Positions 39,555 to 51,450 of a stretch of 64,000 bases of DNA are shown piece by piece. The notes beneath the pieces are model-generated. The model searched no databases. It was not told the origin of the DNA and was given only the letters and a program-made list of their open reading frames with translations. This DNA is from Macrostomum lignano. Its lineage: Eukaryota. The stretch covers positions 186,001 to 250,000 of the forward strand of contig NIVC01000225.1 in the NCBI GenBank assembly GCA_002269645.1, written 5' to 3'. Numbering within the stretch: the first letter of the stretch is position 1; the number at the start of each line of letters is the position of its first letter. A program made the position numbers and the translations under genes.

Positions 39555-39764
39555 GCATGCACTCAACGCCTTGGGGGCTGGTCTTCACAGCCGCGTGAAT
39601 CATTTGACAAGCCACGGGCAAATCTTCTTGACCGCAGACAGAATCGAACCCACTCCCTGCTCTGCCACCGACGTTCTTGTTTGTCCCGCGTCATTTGCAC
39701 TTGCTAGGAGAGCACGGGACGCAGCCGCCTGGTCGAGCCTAGCGCATCCGATGAGGACTGGCTG

Positions 39765-40110
39765 CTTAGGGCTCTCTTGCCTGACTGTTGTGTTTGGGGT
39801 GGCTGCCTGCGGCTCTCTTGCCTGACTGTTGTGTTTGGGGTGGCTGCCTGCGGCTCTCTTGCCTGACTGTTGTGTTTGGGGTGGCTGCCTGCGGCTCTCT
39901 TGCCTGACTGTTGTGTTTGGGGTGGCTGCTTGGGGCTCTCTTGCCTGACTGTTGTGTTTGGGGTGGCTGCTTGGGGCTCTCTTGCCTGACTGTTGTGTTT
40001 GGGGTGGCTGCCTGCGGCTCTCTTGCCTGACTGTTGTGTTTGGGGTGGCTGCCTGCGGCTCTCTTGCCTGACTGTTGTGTTTGGGGTGACTGCCTGTGGC
40101 TCTCTTGCCT
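39765..40110. repeat. 41-bp minisatellite GGCTCTCTTGCCTGACTGTTGTGTTTGGGGTGGCTGCCTGC
   Basis: Period 39770 to 39811. Confidence 0.9.
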
Positions 40111-40379
40111 CTGTCTCTCGTGCTCTTCCAAACTTCCATTGTGTACAACCCTAACCACCGGGCCACCCTAGAGGATGCGTTACCAAGGGTGACAGGAACG
40201 CCAGCTTGGGTTGCTAAGGGCACCAAGACTGCGTGCTACTCGAAGACTGCGCCTGTGGCACTTACATCAGTTGCGGACCCAAATTTCGGGAGCGGGATGG
40301 GCGGTCACCCCCCGCTTCCCCGCTGCACCTGCCGTCAGTCCAGCCAGTTTCCTTGGAAATCGCTCTGGGGAGCGGCTGG

Positions 40380-40416
40380 CCAATGGCTTGCGACAGCAAA
40401 GTGCCGCTACTATAAA
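40380..40416 (+). promoter_or_regulatory. Putative ILP-A core promoter (CCAAT 40380, TATAAA 40411)
   Basis: Motifs seen 110-140 nt upstream of the ATG; similar arrangement at the paralogs. Confidence 0.45.
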
Positions 40417-40520
40417 CTGCCGGGCGGCTCCGCGGATGCTCCGGCGCAGGCCGCGGCCCCTCTCCGCATCTCCGTCTCGTTCAGCAACCTCTCGCTACTC
40501 TCTCCCATCAGCAGGCCTCG

Positions 40521-41007
40521 ATGCCGAGCTCAGCTGCCGTGTCCGCCTTCGCCCTGCTGGTGCTGGCGGCCATCTGCATGGCGCAGTGCAGCGCCAGCCA
40601 GCACTCCGACGTCATGGTGGTAGGCCCCCCCCTGCTCACTCTGCTGCTCACCCAACCGCTCCCGTCACTGTACTGTGCCTCAAACCCCTCTGCTTTGCAG
40701 GACAGGTACATCAGGAAGTGCGGCTACGATCTCGTCAGGACAATGTGGAAGGTGTGCAGCCGGAGAGGCGTCGCGGTGAAGCGGGGGCAGCTCAACAAAC
40801 TTGGTGAGTAGCGGCGGGTGTCCCCCGGTTGCACTTTCAGCGCTTCAAGCCGCACCCTGTGCGATCATTTCAGTCACCGGCTTGGCCAAGCGGAGCAACA
40901 GGCACCGCCTGCCGGAGCTGCAGTGCCTCATCAAGCAGGAGGACGTGGTGTACCACTGCTGCTGCAACTGGTGCAAGCTGTCCTACCTGGAGCTGTACTG
41001 CGACTGA
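40521..41007 (+). CDS. ILP: Insulin-like peptide A, 111-aa prepropeptide; exons 40521-40619, 40701-40803, 40874-41007
   Basis: Signal peptide; B chain CGYDLVRTMWKVCSRRG (C-x11-C); KR-flanked C-peptide split by a phase-1 intron; A chain LQCLIKQEDVVYHCCCNWCKLSYLELYCD. Confidence 0.92.
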
Positions 41008-41964
41008 CGCAGGAACTGAATTTGAATTGGCGCCACCCTGAACTGGCCAGTCCCACCTCCCCCAGTCTCTCTCTGAACTCTCTCTACAGACCTCCCCAGA
41101 ACGCAGTGAATATACGGAGACCTCACAGAGTCCTGCCGCCAGGACATTTTATTGAAGCTGTTTTAACTTGCTTGTTCAGAGTTGAAGATCTTATTGAACT
41201 TGGCCAATATGCGACAGTCTCTTAGCCCTATAAGTGAACTGGATCGTTTATAACCTGCAGTTGTTTCTTGTTTGTGGACAGAGCTGAGGGGTCAGGCTCA
41301 GTGACCACCCAGAGACTCCTTGACTTACTTAGCGGTTGATTCCGCCAACGCCTGGCGACCACGGGCAGTTGGTGTTGCGGTGTCGCGCAGGGAGATCCGG
41401 TGGTGTCACCCGGTGTCCAGAGCGAGGTGCCTCTCCAGAGAGTCCAGGAGGTGGATGGCCGCTCGCCCGGTCGTAGACCTTGGGTGGCAGAAATTCTCGG
41501 GCTTGAAAATATCTCGGAGACATCCGGGTTTGGGCTGAGGCAGGTGAGCCTGTCCTGAGTAAAAGCCTGATGTCTCTGCAGTTGAGTCCAAGCAGCGCCC
41601 TGTGGAGGGCGGGGGGCGTACGGGGGACAGCCGCGCGGGATTTTGGCAGTCGGGGTGGTCAGCCCACTTCTCCCACCCAGTGACCCCTCAGTGGCAGAAA
41701 CCGCGTGTTTGTCTGCTAAAAGCAGCTGTTTTAGGCCTGGAGTCACTCCCAGACCTCAGAACTGACACAATGAGTTATTCTTGACTGATGCCACTGAAAA
41801 ATTGATTTTGATGTGGCAAAAACAGCGCATGGGGCCGGAATCAGAAAAATGACATTGGATAACATCGGATAGCCAGGAGCTTTGCCACTGGCTTCTTTTG
41901 AGCTTCTGGGCTTCTTTTCTTCTTTTGAAAATTGATTGGATTCCAATGGAAATCGCTTATGTCA

Positions 41965-42380
41965 GCGATGAGTTCCAGCACTGCCCGCTTCTGTCAGAGA
42001 TGAGTTCCAGCACTGCCAGCTTCTGTCAGAGATGAGTTCCAGCACTGCCCGCTTCTGTCAGAGATGAGTTCCAGCACTGCCCGCTTCTGTCAGAGATGAG
42101 TTCCAGCACTGCCCGCTTCTGTCAGAGATGAGTTCCAGCACTGCCCGCTTCTGTCAGAGATGAGTTCCAGCACTGCCCGCTTCTGTCAGAGATGAGTTCC
42201 AGCACTGCCCGCTTCTGTCAGAGATGAGTTCCAGCACTGCCCGCTTCTGTCAGAGATGAGTTCCAGCACTGCCCGCTTCTGTCAGAGATGAGTTCCAGCA
42301 CTGCCCGCTTCTGTCAGAGATGAGTTCCAGCACTGCCCGCTTCTGTCAGAGATGAGTTCCAGCACTGCCCGCTTCTGTCA
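41965..42380. repeat. 32-bp minisatellite GATGAGTTCCAGCACTGCCCGCTTCTGTCAGA
   Basis: Direct reading; near-perfect copies. Confidence 0.92.
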
Positions 42381-42626
42381 GCCCTGAGCTCACGCGCGTC
42401 AGTTCAGCCATTCCCCATCAAAGCCCTCCTACGTCTATTTGCGAGCCAAAAGAGAAAAACATCGATAAATAAATTCCGCAAAGGCAAGCGAGATTTCTGC
42501 TCTTCTTTACTGAAGTGTAAATACTAAAGTGTTTACGGAAACGTGTCCGGGATGATGTCCGGCCCCGAGCTGCCCAGGCCGGGCCCGTGGGCGGCTTGGC
42601 AGCGGCCCGTTGGCCCAGCTGGGTGG

Positions 42627-42661
42627 CCAATGGGAGGCGGCGGGGCTGCTCGGGGATAAAA
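42627..42661 (+). promoter_or_regulatory. Putative ILP-B core promoter (CCAAT 42627, GATAAAA 42655)
   Basis: CCAAT followed by a GC-rich stretch and a TATA-like box about 157 nt upstream of the ATG. Confidence 0.4.
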
Positions 42662-42811
42662 TTGGCAGCCTTCGGGACCGCCCCGGCCGATGCAGGCGGC
42701 CTGGCTGGCTTCCCGCAACACTCACCGACTGACCTTCCCTCTCCACAAGCTCTGCTCAAACTCTGCTCAAGCTCTCCTCACTCCGGCCAATCCAGCAAGA
42801 AGCTGCAGACG

Positions 42812-43515
42812 ATGCGCAGCTCGGCACTGACGCTCTCGGCTCTGGTCCTCCTGGCTGTGGCGCTGTGCGGCAGCGGCTCGCAGCAGATTCGAACCCGGTC
42901 CGGCTCTGGGCTGGCTGAGGTAGGTCTTGAGCTGTTAAAGTTGCATTCAGCGCTATGCTATTCTAAACCAGCACGTTTTCGGCCCCAACGCAGCCTAAAC
43001 TGCCGAGGCTGTGCGGCATCAGGCTGATCAGGAAGCTGTACGAGGTGTGCAAGGACCGCGGCGGCGTCTACAACGGTGGTCTCATGCGCCGCGTCAGACG
43101 CGACACCTCTAGCAGCTCAGGTGAGTTGGCTACCTCAGCCTCCGCCATCAGTGCTCACCTCAGCCTCCATCATCAGTGCTCACCCCAGCCTCCATCATCA
43201 GTGCTCACCCCAGCCTCCATCATCAGTGCTCACCCCAGCCTCCATCATCAGTGCTCACCCCAGCCTCCATCATCAGTGCTCACCCCAGCCTCCATCATCA
43301 GTGCTCACTCAGCCTCCATCATCAGTGCTCACCCCAGCCTCCATCATCAGTGCTCACCCCAGCCACTGCATCAATTTTCAGTCGGCCAGCTCCTGAAGCG
43401 CACCATAGGGCATTCCAAGCTCAAATGCCTGATTCCAAAGGACGACATTGTGCACCACTGCTGCACCTGCGGGCGGTGCACCTTGTCCTACATGCAGCTG
43501 TACTGCAACTACTGA
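42812..43515 (+). CDS. ILP: Insulin-like peptide B, 122-aa prepropeptide; exons 42812-42919, 42994-43120, 43382-43515
   Basis: Signal peptide MRSSALTLSALVLLAVALCGSGS; B chain CGIRLIRKLYEVCKDRGGVY; RRVRR and KR processing sites; A chain LKCLIPKDDIVHHCCTCGRCTLSYMQLYCNY; AATAAA at 43600. Confidence 0.92.
43135..43365. repeat. 26-bp minisatellite in ILP-B intron 2
   Basis: CAGCCTCCATCATCAGTGCTCACCCC units. Confidence 0.9.
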
Positions 43516-44064
43516 TCTGGCGGTGACAATGTCCCTCCACTCAAGGACTGCCCTTCACCTCCCTTTGCTTCTGTTAACCGAGCAATGACTGCGCTATAAA
43601 ATAAACTCTATGAGGCTATTTTACCTGTGCATGACTCGGACTGCGCGATCTCTTTCATTCTTTAATATTCGACAGCACAGCACAGCTGGCCTGCACTGAT
43701 GCTGGCTGACCTTCCGCCGGCAGCTGCAGATCTGCTGCATCAGCCAATACGGTGGGAGACCCGCGCGGTGTGCAAATCCGCGGTAATCCTCCATGCAGAC
43801 GGGCAGTTGGATAATCCTTCGCTTCCAGCAGCGGGATTAGCGTCCCCAGCAATTAGTCTGACAGAGCTCGGGCCCAGTCAACCCCCCAACCACCTGTGTG
43901 TCATCGAATTTCGGCGCTCGTTCAGCCGCAGTCTGAAGAAAGGGGGCGGCAAAATTCGTCAAAGCTGTTATTTCGAAAATTGCTGCCTTCGAGGACAAGC
44001 AAAACGGAGTCGAAGTGTTGTTGTGTATTTTTTCTGCAGATAACTGCAGAGGCTCGGGTGAGAA

Positions 44065-46115
44065 GGCAGATTCAGGACACAGGCAGATTCAGGACACAGG
44101 CAGATTCAAGACACAGGCAGATTCAAGACACAGGCAGATTCAGGACACAGGCAGATTCAAGACACAGGCAGATTCAAGACACAGCCAGATTCAAGACACA
44201 GCCAGATTCAGGACACGGATTGGCAGATTCAAGACACAGAGGCAGATTCAAGACACAGAGGCAGATTCAGGACACAGCCAGATTCAGGACACAGGCAGAT
44301 TCAAGACACAGGCAGATTCAAGACACAGGCAGATTCAAGACACAGGCAGATTCAAGACACAGGCAGATTCAAGACACAGGCAGATTCAGGACACAGGCAG
44401 ATTCAAGACACAGGCAGATTCAAGACACAGGCAGATTCAAGACACAGGCAGATTCAGGACACAGGCAGATTCAAGACACAGGCAGATTCAAGACACAGGC
44501 AGATTCAAGACACAGGCAGATTCAAGACACAGGCAGATTCAAGACACAGGCAGATTCAAGACACAGGCAGATTCAGGACACGGATTGGCAGATTCAGGAC
44601 ACAGGCAGATTCAGGACACAGGCAGATTCAGGACACAGGCAGATTCAGGACACGGATTGGCAGATTCAGGACACAGGCAGATTCAAGACACAGGCAGATT
44701 CAAGACACAGGCAGATTCAAGACACAGGCAGATTCAAGACACAGGCAGATTCAAGACACAGGCAGATTCAAGACACAGGCAGATTCAGGACACGGATTGG
44801 CAGATTCAGGACACAGGCAGATTCAGGACACAGGCAGATTCAGGACACAGGCAGATTCAGGACACGGATTGGCAGATTCAGGACACAGGCAGATTCAGGA
44901 CACAGGCAGATTCAAGACACAGGCAGATTCAAGACACAGGCAGATTCAAGACACAGGCAGATTCAGGACACGGATTGGCAGATTCAGGACACAGGCAGAT
45001 TCAAGACACAGGCAGATTCAAGACACAGGCAGATTCAGGACACAGGCAGATTCAGGACACAGGCAGATTCAGGACACGGATTGGCAGATTCAGGACACAG
45101 GCAGATTCAAGACACAGGCAGATTCAAGACACAGGCAGATTCAAGACACAGGCAGATTCAAGACACAGGCAGATTCAAGACACAGGCAGATTCAGGACAC
45201 GGATTGGCAGATTCAGGACACAGGCAGATTCAGGACACAGGCAGATTCAGGACACGGATTGGCAGATTCAGGACACAGGCAGATTCAGGACACAGGCAGA
45301 TTCAAGACACAGGCAGATTCAGGACACGGATTGGCAGATTCAGGACACAGGCAGATTCAAGACACAGGCAGATTCAAGACACAGGCAGATTCAGGACACA
45401 GGCAGATTCAGGACACAGGCAGATTCAAGACACAGGCAGATTCAAGACACAGCCAGATTCAAGACACAGCCAGATTCAGGACACGGATTGGCAGATTCAA
45501 GACAAAGAGACAGATTCAAGACACAGGCAGATTCAAGACACAGGCAGATTCAAGACACAGGCAGATTCAGAACACAGGCAGATTCAAGACACAGCCAGAT
45601 TCAAGACACAGCCAGATTCAGGACACGGATTGGCAGATTCAAGACAAAGAGACAGATTCAGGACACAGGCAGATTCAAGACACAGGCAGATTCAAGACAC
45701 AGCCAGATTCAGGACACGGATTGGCAGATTCAAGACAAAGAGGCAGATTCAAGACACAGGCAGATTCAAGACACAGGCAGATTCAAGACACAGGCAGATT
45801 CAGGACACAGGCAGATTCAGGACACAGGCAGATTCAAGACACAGAGGCAGATTCAAGACACAGAGCCAGATTCAGGACACGGATTGGCAGATTCAGGACA
45901 CGGATTGGCAGATTCAGGACACAGGCAGATTCAAGACACAGGCAGATTCAGGACACAGGCAGATTCAGGACACAGGCAGATTCAGGACACAGGCAGATTC
46001 AGGACACGGATTGGCAGATTCAGGACACAGGCAGATTCAGGACACGGATTGGCAGATTCAGGACACAGGCAGATTCAGGACACAGAGGTAGATTCAAGAC
46101 ACAGATTGGCAGATT
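44065..46115. repeat. 17-bp minisatellite GCAGATTCAAGACACAG with a 21-bp variant
   Basis: Direct reading; generates the 731/708/441-aa pseudo-ORFs. Confidence 0.93.
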
Positions 46116-46619
46116 CAATTAAGTGGTCACTCGAAAGATAAGAAATGGTTATCATTTCATGTATCTAAACGTTATATACTGGTATATCTGTAACAAAACT
46201 ACATATCTGAGTCGACAACGCTGGCACAGAGCAATATTGAATTCGGCATAATTATTTTGCAGTATAAATGAACTCTAATTTCTTCTATTCAGCGGCAGAG
46301 AAGCCCTATTAAATAATTAACAGGTGAAAAGCTGAAGCGGCAGTGTAAATTGAAAATTCACACACTGCCATCAGTTCACAGCTTGGGAATGGCTGCAACA
46401 GACTATTATCAGACGAAATGCAATTTATATTTAAAGAATTTCGACACCAATAATCTAATCTCGCTCTCCACATTGCGGTCGAACAAATCCTTTTTATAAC
46501 AAATTTTAGTTTTTTTAATCGAAAAATGTATATATATTCATATCTTGTCCCAGTTACTGCCAAAAGTAGGAACGTGCGAATGAAAAAGGTATCTTTTACG
46601 AGCGTAACTTTGAGGTTCC

Positions 46620-48455
46620 CAATCTCTCCCTGAACTCCGGAATCTCTCCCTGGACTGCGGAATCTCTCCATGGACTTCGGAATCTCTCCCTGGACTGCGG
46701 AATCTCTCCATGGACTTCGGAATCTCTCCCTGGACTGCGGAATCTCTCCATGGACTGCGGAATCTCTCCATGGACTTCGGAATCTCTCCCTGGACTGCGG
46801 AATCTCTCCCTGGACTGCGGAATCTCTCCCTGGACTTCGGAATCTCTCCCTGGACTGCGGAATCTCTCCCTGAACTGCGGAATCTCTCCCTGAACTGCGG
46901 AATCTCTCCCTGGACTGCGGAATCTCTCCCTGAACTGCGGAATCTCTCCCTGAACTGCGGAATCTCTCCCTGAACTGCGGAATCTCTCCCTGGACTGCGG
47001 AATCTCTCCCTGGACTGCGGAATCTCTCCCTGAACTGCGGAATCTCTCCCTGGACTGCGGAATCTCTCCCTGAACTGCGGAATCTCTCCCTGGACTGCGG
47101 AATCTCTCCCTGGACTGCGGAATCTCTCCTTAAACTGAGGAATCTCCCTGAACTGCGGAATCTCTCCCTGAACTGCGGAATCTCTCCCTGGACTGCGGAA
47201 TCTCTCCCTGAACTGCGGAATCTCTCCCTGGACTGCGGAATCTCTCCCTGGACTGCGGAATCTCTCCCTGAACTGCGGAATCTCTCCCTGGACTTCGGAA
47301 TCTCTCCCTGGACTGCGGAATCTCTCCCTGGACTTCGGAATCTCTCCCTGAACTGCGGAATCTCTCCCTGGACTTCGGAATCTCTCCCTGGACTGCGGAA
47401 TCTCTCCCTGGACTGCGGAATCTCTCCCTGGACTGCGGAATCTCTCCTTAAACTGAGGAATCTCCCTGAACTGCGGAATCTCTCCCTGAACTGCGGAATC
47501 TCTCCCTGGACTGCGGAATCTCTTCTTGAACTGCGGAATCTCTCCCTGGACTGCGGAATCTCTCCCTGGACTGCGGAATCTCTCCCTGAACTGCGGAATC
47601 TCTCCCTGAACTGCAGAATCTCTCCCTGGACTGCGGAATCTCTCCCTGAACTGCGGAATCTCTCCCTGGACTGCGGAATCTCTCCCTGGACTGCGGAATC
47701 TCTCCCTGGACTTCGGAATCTCTCCCTGGACTGCGGAATCTCTCCCTGAACTGCGGAATCTCTCCCTGGACTGCAGAATCTCTCCCTGGACTGCGGAATC
47801 TCTCCTTAAACTGAGGAATCTCCCTGAACTGCGGAATCTCTCCCTGAACTGCGGAATCTCTCCCTGAACTGCGGAATCTCTCCCTGAACTGCGGAATCTC
47901 TCCCTGGACTGCGGAATCTCTCCCTGGACTGCGGAATCTCTCCCTGGACTTCGGAATCTCTCCCTGAACTGCGGAATCTCTCCCTGAACTGCGGAATCTC
48001 TCCCTGGACTGCGGAATCCTCTCCCTGGACTGCGGAATCTCTCCTTAAACTGAGGAATCTCCCTGAACTGCGGAATCTCTCCCTGAACTGCGGAATCTCT
48101 CCCTGAACTGCGGAATCTCTCCCTGAACTGCGGAATCTCTCCCTGAACTGCGGAATCTCTCCCTGAACTGCGGAATCTCTCCCTGAACTGCGGAATCTCT
48201 CCCTGAACTGCGGAATCTCTCCCTGAACTGCGGAATCTCTCCCTGAACTGCGGAATCTCTCCCTGAACTGCGGAATCTCTCCCTGAACTGCGGAATCTCT
48301 CCCTGAACTGCGGAATCTCTCCCTGAACTGCGGAATCTCTCCCTGAACTGCGGAATCTCTCCCTGGACTGCGGAATCTCTCCCTGAACTGCGGAATCTCT
48401 CCCTGAACTGCGGAATCTCTCCCTGGACTTCGGAATCTCTCCCTGGACTGCGGAA
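46620..48455. repeat. 20-bp minisatellite GCGGAATCTCTCCCTGGACT
   Basis: Direct reading; variant CCTTAAACTGAGGAATCTCCC recurs four times. Confidence 0.93.
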
Positions 48456-48531
48456 TCTTACCGACTTTCCAAGGAATCTCATCTAGACAGCTGAAAATTG
48501 AATCCCACTTTGAGCCGTGAGCACGGCAATG

Positions 48532-48600
48532 CCAATTTTGTCGGAGCGATGGGATTGGCTGCGCCAGGGCTTCTCTTATCCCGGATGCCAGAGGATAAAT
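48532..48600 (+). promoter_or_regulatory. Putative ILP-C core promoter (CCAAT 48532, ATTGG 48554, GATAAAT 48594)
   Basis: CCAAT boxes and a TATA-like box about 133 nt upstream of the ATG. Confidence 0.4.
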
Positions 48601-48726
48601 AAGCTGCAGACCGGTGACCAGCTGCCCGCTTCTGCATCCGCCCGACAGCGCAGTCTCTCCAGCCGGCCCGACCGAACAGGCAAATTTGACTCAAATCTGA
48701 ACTCGACGACTCGCCAGCACCGCGTC

Positions 48727-50475
48727 ATGTCGGCATCAGCTCAGCTGATTCTGCGGTTTGCCCTGCCGCTGCTGCTCCTGGCATTCGCCGCTGGGCCTCA
48801 GCTGGCCGGCTCCGCAACCGTTCCTCCCGATGTGAGGCTGGCCCTGGCAACTGCAAAATGTCATGGCAACTATCCCACAGAAGCCAAATCTTTCTAGCCA
48901 CTAAATATCCTAGTAACTAAATGCCATAGCAACTAAATATCATAGCAAGTAAATCCCATAGCAAATAAACCCCATAGCAACTAACCCCCATAGCAACTAA
49001 CCCCCATAGCAACTAAACACCATAGCAACTAAACACCATAGCAACTAAACCCAATAGCAACTAAACCCCATAGGAAGTAAATCCCATAGCAAATAAACCC
49101 CATAGCAACTAACCCCCATAGCAACTAAACACCATAGCAACTAAACACCATAGCAACTAAACACCATAGCAACTAAACACCATAGCAACTAAACACCATA
49201 GCAACTAAACACCATAGCAACTAAATCCCATAGCAAGTAAATCTCATAGCAAGTAAATCCATAGCAACTAAATCCCATGGCAACTAAATCCCATAGCAAG
49301 TAAATCTCATAGCAAGTAAATCCCATAGCAACTAAATCCCATGGCAACTAAATCCTATAGCAACTAAATCCCATAGCAACTAAATCCCATGGCAACTAAA
49401 TACCTTGACAATCAAATCTATTCGCGGAGTGTGTGAGCAAAAAGCTCGAACTGGTGCCCATGGCCTCTCCATCATTGCAGCAGATCAGCATCCAGCAGTG
49501 CAGCGATAACCTGGTCAAAATTGTCCACTTCGTCTGCCGCAACAGGGGCGGAATCTACGATCAACGGTCCGGCTACCTGGAGCAGGCGGCTCGCTTCCTG
49601 AAGAGGGGCAAGCAGCTGGAGACCGCAGGTGAGGCCACGAGGTCACCTCGTCATCACGTGTGAGGTCAATGGCATTTGAGCTGGAGATCCGTGTGCTGCG
49701 GCTTGACGCTCATGCCTTAAAAACGTGTTGATTTGATGCTTGTCGAGAGAAAATCAATGTAGTTTATCCATAAGTCCATGGTATTTGCTGTGAGGTCCAT
49801 GGTATTTGCCGTGAGGTCCATGGTATTTGCCGTGAGGTCCATGGTATTTGCTGTGAGGTCCATGGTATTTGCTGTGAGGTCCATGTTATTTGCTGTGAGG
49901 TCCATGGTATTTGCTGTGAGGTCCATGGTATTTGCTGTAAGGTCCATGGTATTTGCTGTGAGGTCCATGTTATTTGCTGTGAGGTCCATGGTATTTGCTG
50001 TAAGGTCCATGGTATTTGCTGTGAGGTCCATGTTATTTGCTGTGAGGTCCATGGTATTTGCTGTAAGGTCCATGGTATTTGCTGTGAGGTGCATGGTATT
50101 TGCTGTGAGGTCCATGGTATTTGCTGTAAGGTCCATGGTATTTGCTGTGAGGTGCATGGTATTTGCTGTAAGGTCCATGGTATTTGCCACGAGATGCACC
50201 CCTAACAGAAGGCCAAGTGAAGATCCTTGAACTGAAGTTGAGCTTACCAGAAAAAGCAGTTCAAGCACTCGCACAGCAGAGCCGCAACCCCAGCCCTTCA
50301 CCCCCTGCGCCCCGCAGCCGCCGTAGCCAAGCGCCAGCGCAGCCTGTCCTCGCTGGCCTGCATGATCGAAGACGCTGAGAACATCGTGAGCAGCTGCTGC
50401 TGCCGCGAGTGCTCGCTGTCCTACCTGTACGGCTTCTGCGCCTACCCCGAGCCAGTTGGGAGAGTGACCAACTGA
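48727..50475 (+). CDS. ILP: Insulin-like peptide C, 136-aa prepropeptide; exons 48727-48831, 49481-49628, 50318-50475
   Basis: Signal peptide MSASAQLILRFALPLLLLAFAAGPQLAGSA; B chain CSDNLVKIVHFVCRNRGGIY; two KR sites; A chain LACMIEDAENIVSSCCCRECSLSYLYGFCAYPEPVGRVTN; same intron phases (0,1) as paralogs; AATAAA at 50918. Confidence 0.9.
48895..49400. repeat. ~20-bp CATAGCAACTAAA-based repeat in ILP-C intron 1
   Basis: Direct reading. Confidence 0.88.
49775..50185. repeat. 21-bp minisatellite CCATGGTATTTGCTGTGAGGT in ILP-C intron 2
   Basis: Direct reading. Confidence 0.92.
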
Positions 50476-50835
50476 GTGACCAACTGAGTGACCAACTGAG
50501 TGACCAACTGAGTGACCAACTGAGTGACCAACTGAGTGACCAACTGAGTGACCAACTGAGTGACCAACTGAGTGACCAACTGAGTGACCAACTGAGTGAC
50601 CAACTGAGTGACCAACTGAGTGACCAACTGAGTGACCAACTGAGTGACCAACTGAGTGACCAACTGAGTGACCAACTGAGTGACCAACTGAGTGACCAAC
50701 TGAGTGACCAACTGAGTGACCAACTGAGTGACCAACTGAGTGACCAACTGAGTGACCAACTGAGTGACCAACTGAGTGACCAACTGAGTGACCAACTGAC
50801 CAACTGAGTGACCAACTGAGTGACCAACTGAGTGA
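50463..50835. repeat. 12-bp repeat AGTGACCAACTG overlapping the ILP-C stop codon
   Basis: Direct reading. Confidence 0.93.
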
Positions 50836-51209
50836 CCGCTAAATTAACTAAGCTGTCACTGCTACACTGGAGACAAATTCAAAACACATTAAACCCTTGC
50901 GAACTGCAAGATAACAAAATAAAACAATCTCAAGTCGAGTCCCACTCAAGGGTAACCAAGCGGCTCCGCTGGACCGCGTTGCACCGACTTTGCCGATTCG
51001 AAAAAACACTTTTCGAAGGCTTCTTGGCTTCTTCGTTTTAAATCCCAAAATATGAACCGATTGTTCTCTCTAGTGTCCGCCACGGGCTGGGGAAGTCTTA
51101 CAGAGCAGATTTTCTCTGAGGGTTGTGGCAGTCCGGCAGGGATAAAACTGCACTGAGTAAACTGTGGAAGCCCGGCTGTTCTGCCTGAACTTCATGGGGC
51201 AGTGCAATG

Positions 51210-51450
51210 GGAATTTTGATCGGTGGAGACAGATTGATGGGGATTTTGATCGGTAGGGACAGTGGGATGGGGATTTTGATCGGTAGGGACAGTGGGATGG
51301 GGATTTTGATCGGTAGGGACAGTGGGATGTGGATTTTGATCGGTAGGGACAGTGGGATGGGGATTTTGATCAGTAGGGACAGTGGGATGTGGATTTTGAT
51401 CGGTAGGGACAGTGGGATGGGGATTTTGATCGGTAGGGACAGTGGGAGCC
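51210..51450. repeat. 30-bp minisatellite GGGATGGGGATTTTGATCGGTAGGGACAGT
   Basis: Direct reading. Confidence 0.9.

Noticed and set aside
41328-41570. Exon-like minus-strand segment with a strong GTAAGT donor behind ILP-A
   Set aside because: The best coding-like frame has an internal TGA and no partner exons were found; could be a non-coding or decayed exon.
43896-46141. Very long ORFs of 731, 708 and 441 aa
   Set aside because: All three frames are read-throughs of a stop-free 17-bp repeat; no unique domain.
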